DNA from: Anaeramoeba ignava BMAN
Taxonomy: Eukaryota > Protista > Anaeramoebae
DNA length: 64,000 nt
Assembly: GCA_028826165.1 (NCBI GenBank)
Contig: JAPDFW010000056.1
Span: 186,001-250,000, forward strand
Reading direction: 5' to 3'
Shown here: positions 38,901 through 51,700 of the stretch, piece by piece
Layout of the letters: each line of letters begins with the position of its first letter
Position numbering within the stretch: the first letter of the stretch is position 1
Program-made: the position numbers and the translations under genes
The notes under the pieces: generated by a model
Told to the model about the DNA's origin: nothing
The model's database searches: none
Seen by the model: only the letters and a program-made list of their open reading frames with translations

Positions 38901-41900
38901 TTATCTTCTTTTTTAAGCAATGAAGAAATGAGTAAGATTATGAATGAATTCTGATTATTCATCAATTTCTCCAAGAAATAAGGATTATCCAAAATTTGGA
39001 TTTGATTTTTTTTCTTGATCTGCTCAGAAATCTCGTTTGAAGTTTCAAATATATTTGTTTTCTTTTCAATTTTTTCTTTTTCAATAATTTTGGGAGGTTG
39101 TTCTTGGATTGAGTTTTTAAGACACATTTTAAAGTGACTTTGGTGAATATTTGAGGAGGTTTCTAATATTTTTGATGGTATTTGCAAATCTGGTATTTCG
39201 AGATTGTCAATCCAATAAAGTAATTGAGCCCAGTTCAAATTTAAATCAAAAATTTTTTCCAATGGTGACAAATTTTCTTGTTTTTCCTCAATTCTAAATT
39301 CATTTCTAAACCGAATTATCAAATCAGGAGATTGCTGATTCCAAAATTTAGACTGGAAATTGTTTTTCTCTTTTTTCAGAAAATTTATTGTTAGATTTAA
39401 TACTTTATATGTTTCCATTTTATCGTTTTGGTCTGGATTTTCTTTGGTTATTTTTTCAATTTTCGCATAAATTTGGTTTTGTATTTTTTGAACCACTTTC
39501 TCAACATTTTGGTTTCCTTTTCGATTCAATAATTCAATATTCTCTTTTATTGTTCTGTCAAAATTCCAAGATTGAATTGAGTTTTCATTCAGAAAATAGG
39601 CGAACATCAATCTAGCTGACCATATAATTAGATTAAATCTTTCAGGATTCACTTCAAGTAAAGTGAGAAACGAAGCACAAGAAGATATAATGGATGAAAT
39701 CAAAAAATTTTTTAATGAAAATTCCAAAATGGGAAATGAAATGCTTCTTTTTTCCTGATCGAGAATATTTTCTGTATTTTCTTGTATATCTTTAGATGTT
39801 GAAATTTGCTTTTCAAAAACCATTAAAAGCCAAAATTTGAATGCTAATATTGGTTTTGCTTGTTTGAGTGAGAAAAATATGCGATCGTTTAATTCTATTT
39901 TTGAGTATCCTTGATCTGTATATTTCAATTGAATTTTTGAATGAGATGTTTTGTGATCGAGTTGCGAAAAGGTTTGCTTTAGAATTAAGGAAAATTTTGG
40001 AAAAAAATTGGAAAGTGCTTTCCAAAAATTTGAAGAATATTCTTGTTGGAAATATTCCGAATGTGATAAGAATTTTTTTGATAAGCAAAATTCTCCCAAA
40101 ATTTTGAATAAATGTATTTCTTGCATATCCTGCTCGTTTTCTGGTTCTGTTTTGTTTATTTGACATAAATTATTGATGATTTTTTCTTGATCATTGATTA
40201 GATTTGTAATTTCATTTTCACTTGATAAAGCCAAGAACTTGATTAATGGGAAATTTGAAATCTTTTCATTTTGAAAATTAATTATTTTTGGGAAATGGTA
40301 ACTAATAAATATTATTAAATTTACCAAATTGTTTTCTATAAATTGAAAAATTAACCAATTAAAAAACTCTTTTGGTATTTCATTTAGTGTATTTTGAGAA
40401 GAAAATAGTTTTGAATTTGAAGATAAATTTTGGAGGATTTGTGATTCATTTTGGAGAGTAAAATGAATTGGATCTGAAATTGTGGAGTGGCTTAAAATGA
40501 ATTTTTTTATAGCAGGAGAACACAAAGAAAGTATTTGAGAAAATTTTGAAGATTTCAATTTGTTTGTTAAAGAAGATAAATCTGGCAAAGATAATCTCAA
40601 TGGATTGAAATGGCAAACAAAATATTTCAATTGCGAAAACCATGAATACTCTTTTTGTGGCAAATTCTTCAATGAATTGTTTTTTTCAATCATTATTCTT
40701 TGCCTTGTTTCATGATCCCAATTTTGAATCCAATTTAGTTTTGCAGTAAAATATCCAGATTGATTCAAAGATGATTTTTGATGTGGCGAGTTTTTGGGTT
40801 GAGGATCTATTAATTTTTTGAAGGATTTCAATGCAGGAAACAAATTTTGAAATTTGATGCCATCATCGGAAATATTTTTGTTTTGCAAATGAGAAGAGTA
40901 ATTATCAAATAGGGTTTGAGGATTCCAATTATCATCTTGCGATATTTTGATTGTGCGTATCCAAACAAAGGATTTTTCTTCAAGAGAACGAATAATTTGC
41001 AAATCATCTTGAAACATGATATTTCTGATTTTTTCGTGTGAGTTTAGTTGCGATAGGTAATCTGAAGCAGGAAAGACTTTTTCACACATTTCCAAGAAGA
41101 GGGCATCTTCTATTTGTGATTTTGTGAAAACATCTTTTTGGATCATATGATCTAAAAGGGTGTTGTGAATTTTTCTGTCTAAGGTTGATTGTGCAATATT
41201 TTTCAATATATACAAAGGATCCAAATTCATTCCTCTAAGCAATTGATAAATTTTCTTTATTTTGGCATTTTTTTGCAGCATTGAATAAACTAAATTTAAG
41301 GTGATTGATTTGAGTGTGTCCATATAATTTTTGTTTTCTTGGATATTATTTATCAATTGAGAATCTATTTTTTTGAGATTTTTATATAACTTTGTTGATA
41401 TTAGTAAAGAACAAGAACGAGATATTTCGTTGTGTGAAAGAGAAGATAATATTTGCTCTAAGCAAGTTTTTTCGTTTATTTTATTATTATCTCTTCCGAA
41501 GAAAATTGAATGGAGTTGAGGAATTATTTTTTTTTGTATATGAATTTTTTTTGTATTTTGCTTTTTGCTTTCATTCATTTTCAAACGTTCAGAATATTGT
41601 TTTGCAAGTTGATGGAACTGGTTATATCCCATTTTGTAAATTGATCTAATTTTTTGAATCAAATTATGTAAATGGAGCATCATCATAATATTTTGATTTT
41701 GATTTTGATTTTCATGATCTGATATTATAAAAGAATCTTGGATTGTTTTCAAAAAAATTGAATCTGTTTGAGGTATTAAATATTGTAGCTCATTTAAAAA
41801 CTTTTCAATAGCTTCACTTTCAATTTCAGTATTTTCTTGAATTTTGGATGAAATTTGGAGTAAAAACTTTGAAACGAAAAATAAACAAAATGAAGTCAAA

Positions 41901-44080
41901 TCACGTGTAAAATGAGGAAGAAAATATTTTAATTTGGATTCTGATGAATTGACTAAATATTTGAATACCGAATGTGAATCATGCTGATTCATTTTTGAGA
42001 AGGAATACTTGATTAAATCATAGGATTGAGTTTCTATTGCGATTTTGGATATATCTGAAAAAAAGGAATGGGGATATTCCCAATTGTTTAGAGAATGTAA
42101 CTTTTCCACAAACTCGGGTGTTTTGAGATGCAATAAATAATTAATGAAGTTTTGCTTTTCCCAATTTAGAAGAGTAAATTGAAAAGAGAATGTTTTTTGG
42201 GGAATATAAAAAAGCGATTTGATTTTTCCACAACAAGATTGAAATGAAAATATGTTTGAGTCAATCGGCAAATAATTAAGCATTCTACTATTTTCAGAAT
42301 GTTTTTTGCAGTTGAAGAAATATAGCACTCCTTGCGATTCGAAATTTTTGATTTTCCGAAAATGGAAAACTATGTGAGGATCTGCGAAAAAAATTGCAGG
42401 ATCTTCATCCATTTTGATATCAAAATGGTCTTCTTGGTTAATTTGATTTTCATCTGATTTCCGATACAGTTTCCATGTTTTTGCATTTGAGTCATGGATG
42501 TAGAAAAAGCAAGAAGAGACTGTGTCATCAAAAGAAAAAATTTTGTCACTGATGATTAATTTTTGTTGTTGTTGCTGTTGAGATTTTCTTTTTTTATGGT
42601 GTTTTGATTTATGGTGATGATGAGTTAATTTACCATCTCTTTTTTTTGAACGAGAAGGAGAATTTTTTGCCTTTGTTTTGGATTCTTCTTTTTGAATTTT
42701 CATTTGGAATGTTGAGCTTTGGAAATTAAATCCATTATATTTTGAATGAAGAAAGTTTTTCGGAGTTGAAAGCCAGTAAGGGGAATAGGGTTGAGAGAAG
42801 GAAGAGAAATGTATCATTTTATCCCAATGCCAAATAAAGGGTATTTGGCTTCTTTTGATTGGAAGACAGAGACCTAATTGTTTTTTTGATATAACGAAAT
42901 GGCCTATTTTCCATTCGTGCATTGAGTCTGGTTCTTGATCATCTTTTTTTATTAATTGAGAATGGGATTTTGATCTTTTGTGTTTTGTTTTGGATTCTTT
43001 TTCTTCCTTTTCTTTTTCTTCTTTTTTGTCTTCTTTTTTGTCTTCTTTTGTTTTGAAATTGAGTTGAAATGAAGTTATCACACTTTCAGTAAATTCAACA
43101 AATTTTTTTTTGAAAGAGAAAAACTTTTCCTGCTTTAATTTAGTTTTTGTTGAATGATTGCGAAAATATTTGTCCAATTCGATAATTTCAATTGAAGGAA
43201 AATTTGCTGCAAAAAGTACGACAACAAGATTATCAGGAGTAACAAAAATCTTGTTTTTTCTTGCAACTTTTGTTGTAATTGTGCTTGTTATTGGACCTAT
43301 TCTGGAGCCATTTGAGATGTTCCAAATGAAAATTCTTGATGTTTTTCTGGGAATAATATCTCCAAATAGGAACTTTGAAGTGGAATAAAAATACATTTCT
43401 TGAACATGTTTTGGAAGAGAAAGTGAGAAAGTATTTAAACAAATAACTTTGTGTTTGTGAAAACTGCAAACAAGGGAATATTTTTGGTCGATGATAAGAG
43501 TTGATTGTAAAGTTGAAGTTGAAGATTGAATAAGATTGAGAATTTGAATCGTTTGAATTTCTTTTATTGAAACGAATTTTGTGTATAAAATTTCATTAAT
43601 AAATTTTGGTGTTATTTTACATTTGAAAACAAAGTTATAATCTTCATTTTCCATTTGATTTTCATCTTCAAAAGTTATTTTTACAATATTTGCCATTTCA
43701 TTCCTAAAATCAACAAGTATTCCTTTTTGTAAGAAATTTTTTTTTTCAAACGAAGAATTTTCAAGTTCATCAAACATTTTTTTATTGATAAAATAATATA
43801 TATAAATAACATTTGAAGTATCACAAATAAATAAATATTTTGTTTTTGTTTGTTCAATTGTTTGCCAATAAAAATTTTTGATATTCTCAATTTCTAAATT
43901 TGATATTTTTTGTAAATAAGGTTGAGATTTCAAATTTTTAAATTTTGCAATTAAAAGTTTTTTATTATCATTTGATAAAAAAGCAAGAAAAGGAAAATTA
44001 AGTTTTGCATTTTCGAAATTTTCAATTCCACAATTTGAATTAAAATTTTGAATTGAAAAAGTTAAAGAATTTGAAATCAT
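35969..44080 (-). CDS. SPG11: Spatacsin (SPG11, AP-5-associated) homolog, ~2700 aa, apparently intronless, split into three ORFs by frameshifts at ~38830 and ~38040
   Basis: C-terminal segments IELIIASYKCF...LLSRLIIHI...EFMLEFLFQQNRLD and FLKKNCPSDEEK...FDMWNELG resemble the spatacsin C-terminal domain. LNWIQNWDHETRQRIMIE is in the middle region. Length is appropriate. Confidence 0.8.
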
Positions 44081-44410
44081 TTATTATTTTAAGAAAGAAA
44101 AGAAAAGAAAAATGAAAAAAAAAAAAAAAGAAAAAAATAAAATAAAAAGGAGAAAAAAATTAAAATTAAAAATAAAAATATTTTTCTTCTTTTTAATTTT
44201 TCTTTTTCTCAAAATTTTTAAATACAAACGTTATTTCTTTTTTTTTTTTTTTTTAATTAAAAATTTTAAATAAAAAAATTTTTTTTTTTCCAATTCCTTT
44301 TTTTATTTTTTTTTATATTTTTTTTATTATATTTTTTTTTTCATTTTTCATTTTTTTCTTTTCCTTCTTCTTCTTTAAAAACATTTAAAAAAAAAAAAAA
44401 CTTTTTTATA

Positions 44411-47400
44411 ATGTCCAATCGAAAGAATAAAGTTGATTTTAATACACAATGGGCAGAAGTTAAATCTGCTATTGAAGAAATTATGAATAATCTTAATGTT
44501 GGGATTACAAACGAAAAATGGATGAAAACTTTTACGTATTTTACAATATTTTTATTCTAAATTTAATTTTGTTTAAATTTTTTGTTATTTTTTTTATTTG
44601 AATCTATTTTTTGTTATTATTTTAATAGTTCTCATTATTAAACAATTTTTTATTATTCTTATTTCTATTTAAAAATTAAAAAAAATTTTTTTTTCTTTAT
44701 AATAATTATTTAATTATTTAATTATTTAATTAATTAATTAATTAAAATTTATTTTTTTTTTGCTTTTTTTTTTTAATTTTTAAAAAAATTTTTTTTTAAT
44801 TTAGAAATGTTTATAACCTTTGTACAAAGCCAACAAACAGAGAAACACCTAGAAGATCACGAAGCCAACAAGGTGCACAAGTTAGTGGAGGATTAGTTTA
44901 TGAAAAATTAAGAGAACTTCTTGAAGAAAAAGTTAGAGTTTATTATTCTGTAAATCATTTTATTTTAATTTTTTAAATGAATTTTAATATTAATTTTTTA
45001 AATGAATTTTAATATTAATTTTTAATTTAATATTAATATTTTAAATGAATTTTAATTTAATATTAGTTTTTAATTTTTAAATTTTAATTTTTAATTTAAT
45101 TTTAATATTAATTTTTTAAATGAATTTTAATATTAATATTTTAAATGAATTTTAATTTTAATATTAATATTTTAAATGAATTTTATTTTAATTTTAATTT
45201 TTTAAATGAATTTTAATTTAATTTATAATAGGGATGTTCAGATTTATTTGAAGAACCTTTATTGAAATTTCTTTCTCAAGAATGGACAACTTTTACAACA
45301 GCAGGAAGATTTATTAAATTTCTTTTTTCATATTTAGATAGACATTATGTACCAAGACAAACAGGTGGAGGAAAATCAGATGTTTACTTGATTTATGATG
45401 TAATTTTTAATTATTTTAATTTTAATTTTAATTTTAATTTTAATTTTAATTTTAATTTTAATTTTATTTTTAATTTTAATTTTAATTTTATTTTTAATTT
45501 TAATTTTAATTTTAATTTTAATTTTTGTTTTAAATTTTATTTTTAATTAATAGCTTCATTTAGTCATTTTTCATGATGAACTTTATAAGAAACTTAAGAC
45601 CAAACTTGTTTCAGCTGTTCTTAATTTTATTGCTAAAGAAAGAATTGGAGAACATATTGATCGTTCATTAATAAGAAAGATTGTTGATATTTTTGGTAAG
45701 AAAAGAATTTAATTTTATTTTTTAAATTTTAATTTATTTATTTTTATTTTAATTTTAATTTTAATTTTAATTTTAATTTTATTAGTTGCACTTGGACAAA
45801 CTCGTGGTAAAGGAGAAGCATCACTTTTGATTTATAGACAAGATTTTGAATCCTTTTTCCTTCAAGATACTGATAAATTTTATCAACAAGAATCTGCTCG
45901 TTTTATTTCTGAGAATAATGTTTCTGAATATATGATGAAAGTAAAAATATTTTAAAATTAAAATCAAAATAAAAATAAAAATTAAAATTAAATTCAAAAT
46001 TAAAATCAAAATTAAAATTAAAATATTTTTATTTTTAATATCATTTTAGGCAGAAGCAAGAATTGATGAAGAAGTTGCAAGAGTAAATGCTTATCTTCAT
46101 CCATCAACAGAAGATCGTTTACTTGATAAATGTGTTGATGTTCTTGTTAAACAAAGAATTAAATTACTTTGGAAAGAATTTGAAGAATTAGTTCAAATTG
46201 ATAAACTTGATGATCTTCAAAGAATGTATAAACTTTTAAATCGTGTTCCTGATGGTTTAGAAGTTTTAAGAGACAATCTTGAACAAATTATTAAAGATAA
46301 AGGACTTGATGCATTAGAAGCAGTGAAAGATCAAGCTATAAAAGTATTTATAATTAAAATTAAAATTAAAAATTAAAATTAAAATTAAAATTAAAATAAT
46401 CAAATTTAAAATTAAAATTAAAATCAAAATTAAAATTAAAATTAAAATTAAAATCAAAATTAAAAATTATAATTAAAATTAAAATTAAAATTAAAATTAA
46501 AATCAAAATTAAAATCAAAATTAAAATTAAAATTAAAATTAAAATTAAAATTAAAATTAAAAATTAAAATTAAAATTATAATTATAATTATAATTAAAAT
46601 TAAAAATCTTAAAATAGGATCCAAGAATTTATGTTGAAACAATGCTTGGAACTTATCAAAGATATCATAGATTAGTTCAAAATGCTTTTAGAGGAGATCC
46701 AGGATTTGTTACTTCACTTGATAAAGCTTGTAAGAAATTTATGAATGATAATGCAGTTTGCAGAGCAGGAAATTCACCATCACAATCACCTGAACTTGTT
46801 GCAAAATTCTGTGATATGCTTTTAAAGAAATCATCTAAAAATCCAGATGAAACTGAATTAAGTAAAACATTAAATGATGTTGTAAGTATTTAATTTATAT
46901 TTAATAAACAATTAATTTATATTTAACTAATATTTAATTAATATTTAATTAATATTTAATTAATATTTAATTAATATTTAATTAATATTTAATTAATATT
47001 TAATTAATATTTAATTAATATTTAATTTATTTTTAATTAATATTTAATTAATTTTTAATTTATATTTAATCAATATTTAATTTATATTTAATTTATATTT
47101 AATTAATATTTTTAAAATAAAAATAGATGATTGTATTCAAGTATTTAGAAGATAAAGATGTTTTTCAGAAATTTTATTCAAAAAATCTTGCTAAAAGATT
47201 AATTCATGGATCATCTGTATCTGAAGATGCTGAGAGTGAAATGATTGGTAAATTAAAAGCAGCTTGTGGATATGAATGGTCATCTAAACTTCAAAGAATG
47301 TATCAAGATGTTACAGTTTCACGAGAAATGAATACTAATTTCAAAAACTTTATTAAATCAAAGAATTATACACTTGATGTTGACTTTTCAGTTATGGTTC

Positions 47401-48098
47401 TTGCAACAGGATTTTGGCCTTTATCACCACCTCAAACTAAATTTGCAATTCCAGGACAACTTGAAGGATGTGTTAATCATTTTACAAATTATTATAACAA
47501 TACACATAATGGAAGAAAATTAAATTGGCTTCATCAATTATCAAGAGGAGAAGTTAAAGTTAAACTTCGAGGAAAAGTTTATATTTTCTTAGTTTCAACT
47601 TATCAAATGGCAATTCTTTTATTATTTAACACAAATGAGAAAATTAAATTTGAAGAATTTCAAGAACATGTTCAACTTAATCCACCACATCTTCAAGGTG
47701 TTTTAACAACATTAATTAAGAAAAAAGTTGTTATTGCTGATCCAGAAAAAACAAATGATCATGGAACAACTTATTCACTTAATGCAAAATATAAAAATGC
47801 TAAAAGTAGAGTTCAATTAAATGTTCCTATCAAAGTTGAACAACATACTGATAATGAAGCAACACATAGACAAATTGAAGAAGAACGTAAAATGCTTATT
47901 CAAGCAGCTATTGTTCGAGTTATGAAATCACGTAAAACTCTTAAACATCAATCTTTAATGACTGAAGTTATTGATCAACTTAAAAGCAGATTTAAACCAA
48001 ATGTTAAGATTATTAAAAAATGTATTGATTTATTAATTGAAAAAGAATATCTTGAAAGAACTCAAGGACAAAAAGATCAATACAATTATCTTGCTTAA
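44411..48098 (+). CDS. CUL1: Cullin-1-like protein, copy A (9 exons)
   Basis: [76 protein letters not shown], neddylation motif IQAAIVRVMKSRK and terminal YNYLA. Confidence 0.93.
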
Positions 48099-48722
48099 TT
48101 TCATTTTTTTTCCTTTTCTTTTCTTTTCTTTTCCATATTTCATTTTTCTCTCGTTTCTCTTTCATTCCATTTTTTTTGATTTCTTTCTTCTCATTTTTTA
48201 CTTTTTTTTTTTTGGTTTAATTGGGATAAACAAAATTTACTTCAAATTTCATTAAAATTTCACAAAAGAAAAAAAAATTTTAATAAAAAAAATTTAATTA
48301 AAATCAAAATTAAATTAAAATTAAATAAAATTAAAATCAAAATTAAATTAAAATTAAAATTAAATCAAAATTATTAATCAAAATTAAATTAAAATTATTA
48401 ATTAAAATTATTAATCAAAATCGGATAAAAATTATTAATTAAAATTAAATCAAAATTTAATTAAAATTATTAATCAAAATTAAATCAAAATTATTAATTA
48501 AAATCGGATAAAAATTTTTCTTCTTTTTTGGTTAAATAAGTTTTTTTTCTCAAAATTTTTAAACACAATCGTCATTTCTTCTTTTTATTTTTTATTTTTC
48601 TCCTTTTCTTTTTTTTTCTTTTTGTTTTAATTAAAAAAATTTTTTTTAATTTTTTTCAATTTTAATTTTTTAATTTTTTAATTTATTTTTTATTTTCATT
48701 TTCATTTCTTTCATTTTATATA

Positions 48723-51700
48723 ATGTCAAGAGGAAGAAATAAAGTTGATTTTAATACACAATGGCCAGAAGTGAAAAAAAGTATTGAAGAAATTATGGAT
48801 AATCTTAATGTTGGAGTTACAAACGAAAAATGGATGAAAACTTATACGTATTTTGCAATATATTTATTTCAGATTTAATTTTGATTGAATTTTGATTGAA
48901 TTAATTTATTCTCAAAATTTTTGAATATACAAAATTATTTTATTTGACATTTTTTTGTGTTTTTTTTCTCAAATCAAATTTATGAATTCTTCTCAAATCA
49001 AATTTATGAATATTTCTGAAATCAAATTTATGAATATTTATGAATATTTCTGAATATTTATGAAGATTTTCTCTTATTAAATCATTTTTTTATTAAATAC
49101 TAAATGAATTTTTTTTTAATTTTTTTTTGATTTAGAAATGTTTATGATCTTTGTACAAAACAAACAAATAGAGATACATCTAGAAGAAGATCACCAAGAC
49201 AACAAGGAGTTCAAGTTAGTGGAGGATTAGTTTATGAAAAATTAAGAGAACTCCTTCAAGAAAAAGTTAGAGCGTTTTATGCTGTAAATAATTTTTTTTA
49301 TTCAAAATTCATAATAAAATTCATAATAAAATTTATAATAAAATTTATAATAAAATTTATAATAAAATTTATAATAAAATTTATATTAAAATTTATATTA
49401 AAATTTATAATAAAATTTATAATAAAATTTATATTAAAATTTATAATAAAATTTATATTAAAATTTATATTAAAATTTATAATAAAATTTATAATAAAAT
49501 TTATAATAAAATTTATAATAAAATTTATAATAAAATTTATAATAAAATTTATAATAAAATTTATATAAAAATTTTAAAATTTATAATAAAATTTATATAA
49601 AAAAAATTCATAATAAAAATTCATAATAAAAATTTATAATTAAAATTTATATTAAAATTTATATTAAAATTTTTATATTAAAAATTCAAATTAAAATTTA
49701 TATGACCAAAATTTATATTAAAATTTATAATAAAATTTATATTAAAATTTATATTAAAATTTATAATAAAATTTTATATTAAAATTTATAATAAAATTTT
49801 ATAAAAAACTAAAATTTTATAATAAAATTTTATAAATTTTATAAAAATTTACTAAAATTTATATAAAATTTATAATAAAATTTATATATTAAAATTTATA
49901 ATAAAATTTATAATAAAATTTATAATAAAATTTATAATAAAATTTATAACAAAATTCACATAAATTAAAATTTATAACTAAATTTATAATAAAATTTATA
50001 ATAAAATTTTAATAAAATTTATATTAAAATTTATAATAAAATTTTATAATAAAATTTACATTAAAATTCATATAATTTATAATAAAATTTATAATAAAAT
50101 TTATATTAAAATTTATAATAAAATTGAATTCATAATAAAATTTATAATAAAATTTATAATAAAATTTACATTAAAATTCATAATAAAATTTATAATAAAA
50201 TTTATATTAAAATTTATAATAAAATTTATAACTAAATTTATAATAAAATTCACATTAAAATTTATATCAAAATTTATAATAAAATTTATATTAAAATTTA
50301 TATTAAAATTTATATTAAAATTTATAATAAAATTTATATTAAAATTTTAATAAAATTTATATCAAAATTTATATTAAAATTCATAATAAAATTTATAATA
50401 AAATTTATATTAAAATTTATAATAAAATTTATATTAAAATTTATAATAAAATTTATATTAAAATTTATAATAGGGATGTTCAGATTTAATTGAAGAACCT
50501 TTATTGAAATTTCTTTCTCAAGAATGGACAAATTTTACAACAGCAGGAAAGTTTATTAAATTTCTTTTTTCATATTTAGATAGACATTATGTACCAAGAC
50601 AAACAGGTGGAGGAAAAACAGATGTTTACTTGATTTATGATGTAATTATTTTAATTTTAAATTATTTTAATTTTAAATTTTAATTTTAATTTTAATTTTA
50701 ATTTTAATTTTAAATTTTATTTATTTAATAGCTTCATTTAGTCATTTTTCATGATGAACTTTATAAGAAACTTAAAACCAAACTTGTTTCAGCTGTTATT
50801 AATTTTATTGCTAAAGAAAGAATTGGAGAACATATTGATCGTTCATTAATGAAAAAAATTGTTGATATTTTTGGTAAGAAAAGAATTTAATTTAAATTTT
50901 TATTTATTTTATTAATTTTAATTTTATTTTTAATTTTTAAATTTATTTTTATTAGTTGCACTTGGACAAACTCGTGGTAAAGGAGAAGCATCACTTGTAA
51001 TTTATAGACAAGATTTTGAAACTGTTTTCCTTCAAGATACTGATAAATTTTATCAACAAGAATCTGCTCGTTTTATTTCTGAGAATAATGTTTCTGAATA
51101 TATGATGAAAGTAAATATTTCAAAATCAAAATTAAAATCAAAATTAAAATTAAAATTAAAATCAAAATTAAAATCAAAATTAAAATCAAAATTAAAATTA
51201 AAATTAAAATTTAAAATCAAAATCAAAATCAAAATTAAAATTAAAATTAAAATCAAAATTAAAATTAAAATTAAAATTAAAATTATAAATTAAAATCAAA
51301 ATTAAAATCAAAATTAAAATCAAAATTAAAATCAAAATCAAAATCAATATTAAAATCAAAATCAAAATTAAAATTAAAATTAAAATTAAAATTAAAATTA
51401 AAAATCAAAATTAAAATTAAAATTAAAATTATAAATTAAAATTAAAATTAAAATTAAAATTAAAATTAAAATTAAAATTAAAATTAAAATTAAAATTAAA
51501 ATTAAAATTAAAATTATAAATTAAAATCAAAATTAAAATTAAAATTATAAATTAAAATTAAAATTAAAATTAAATTCAAATTCAAAATCAAAATCAAAAT
51601 TAAATTCAAAATCAAAATTAAAATCAAAATCAAAATTAAATTCAAAATTAAAATCAAATTTAAAATCAAAATTAAAATTAAAATATTTTTATTTTTAAAA

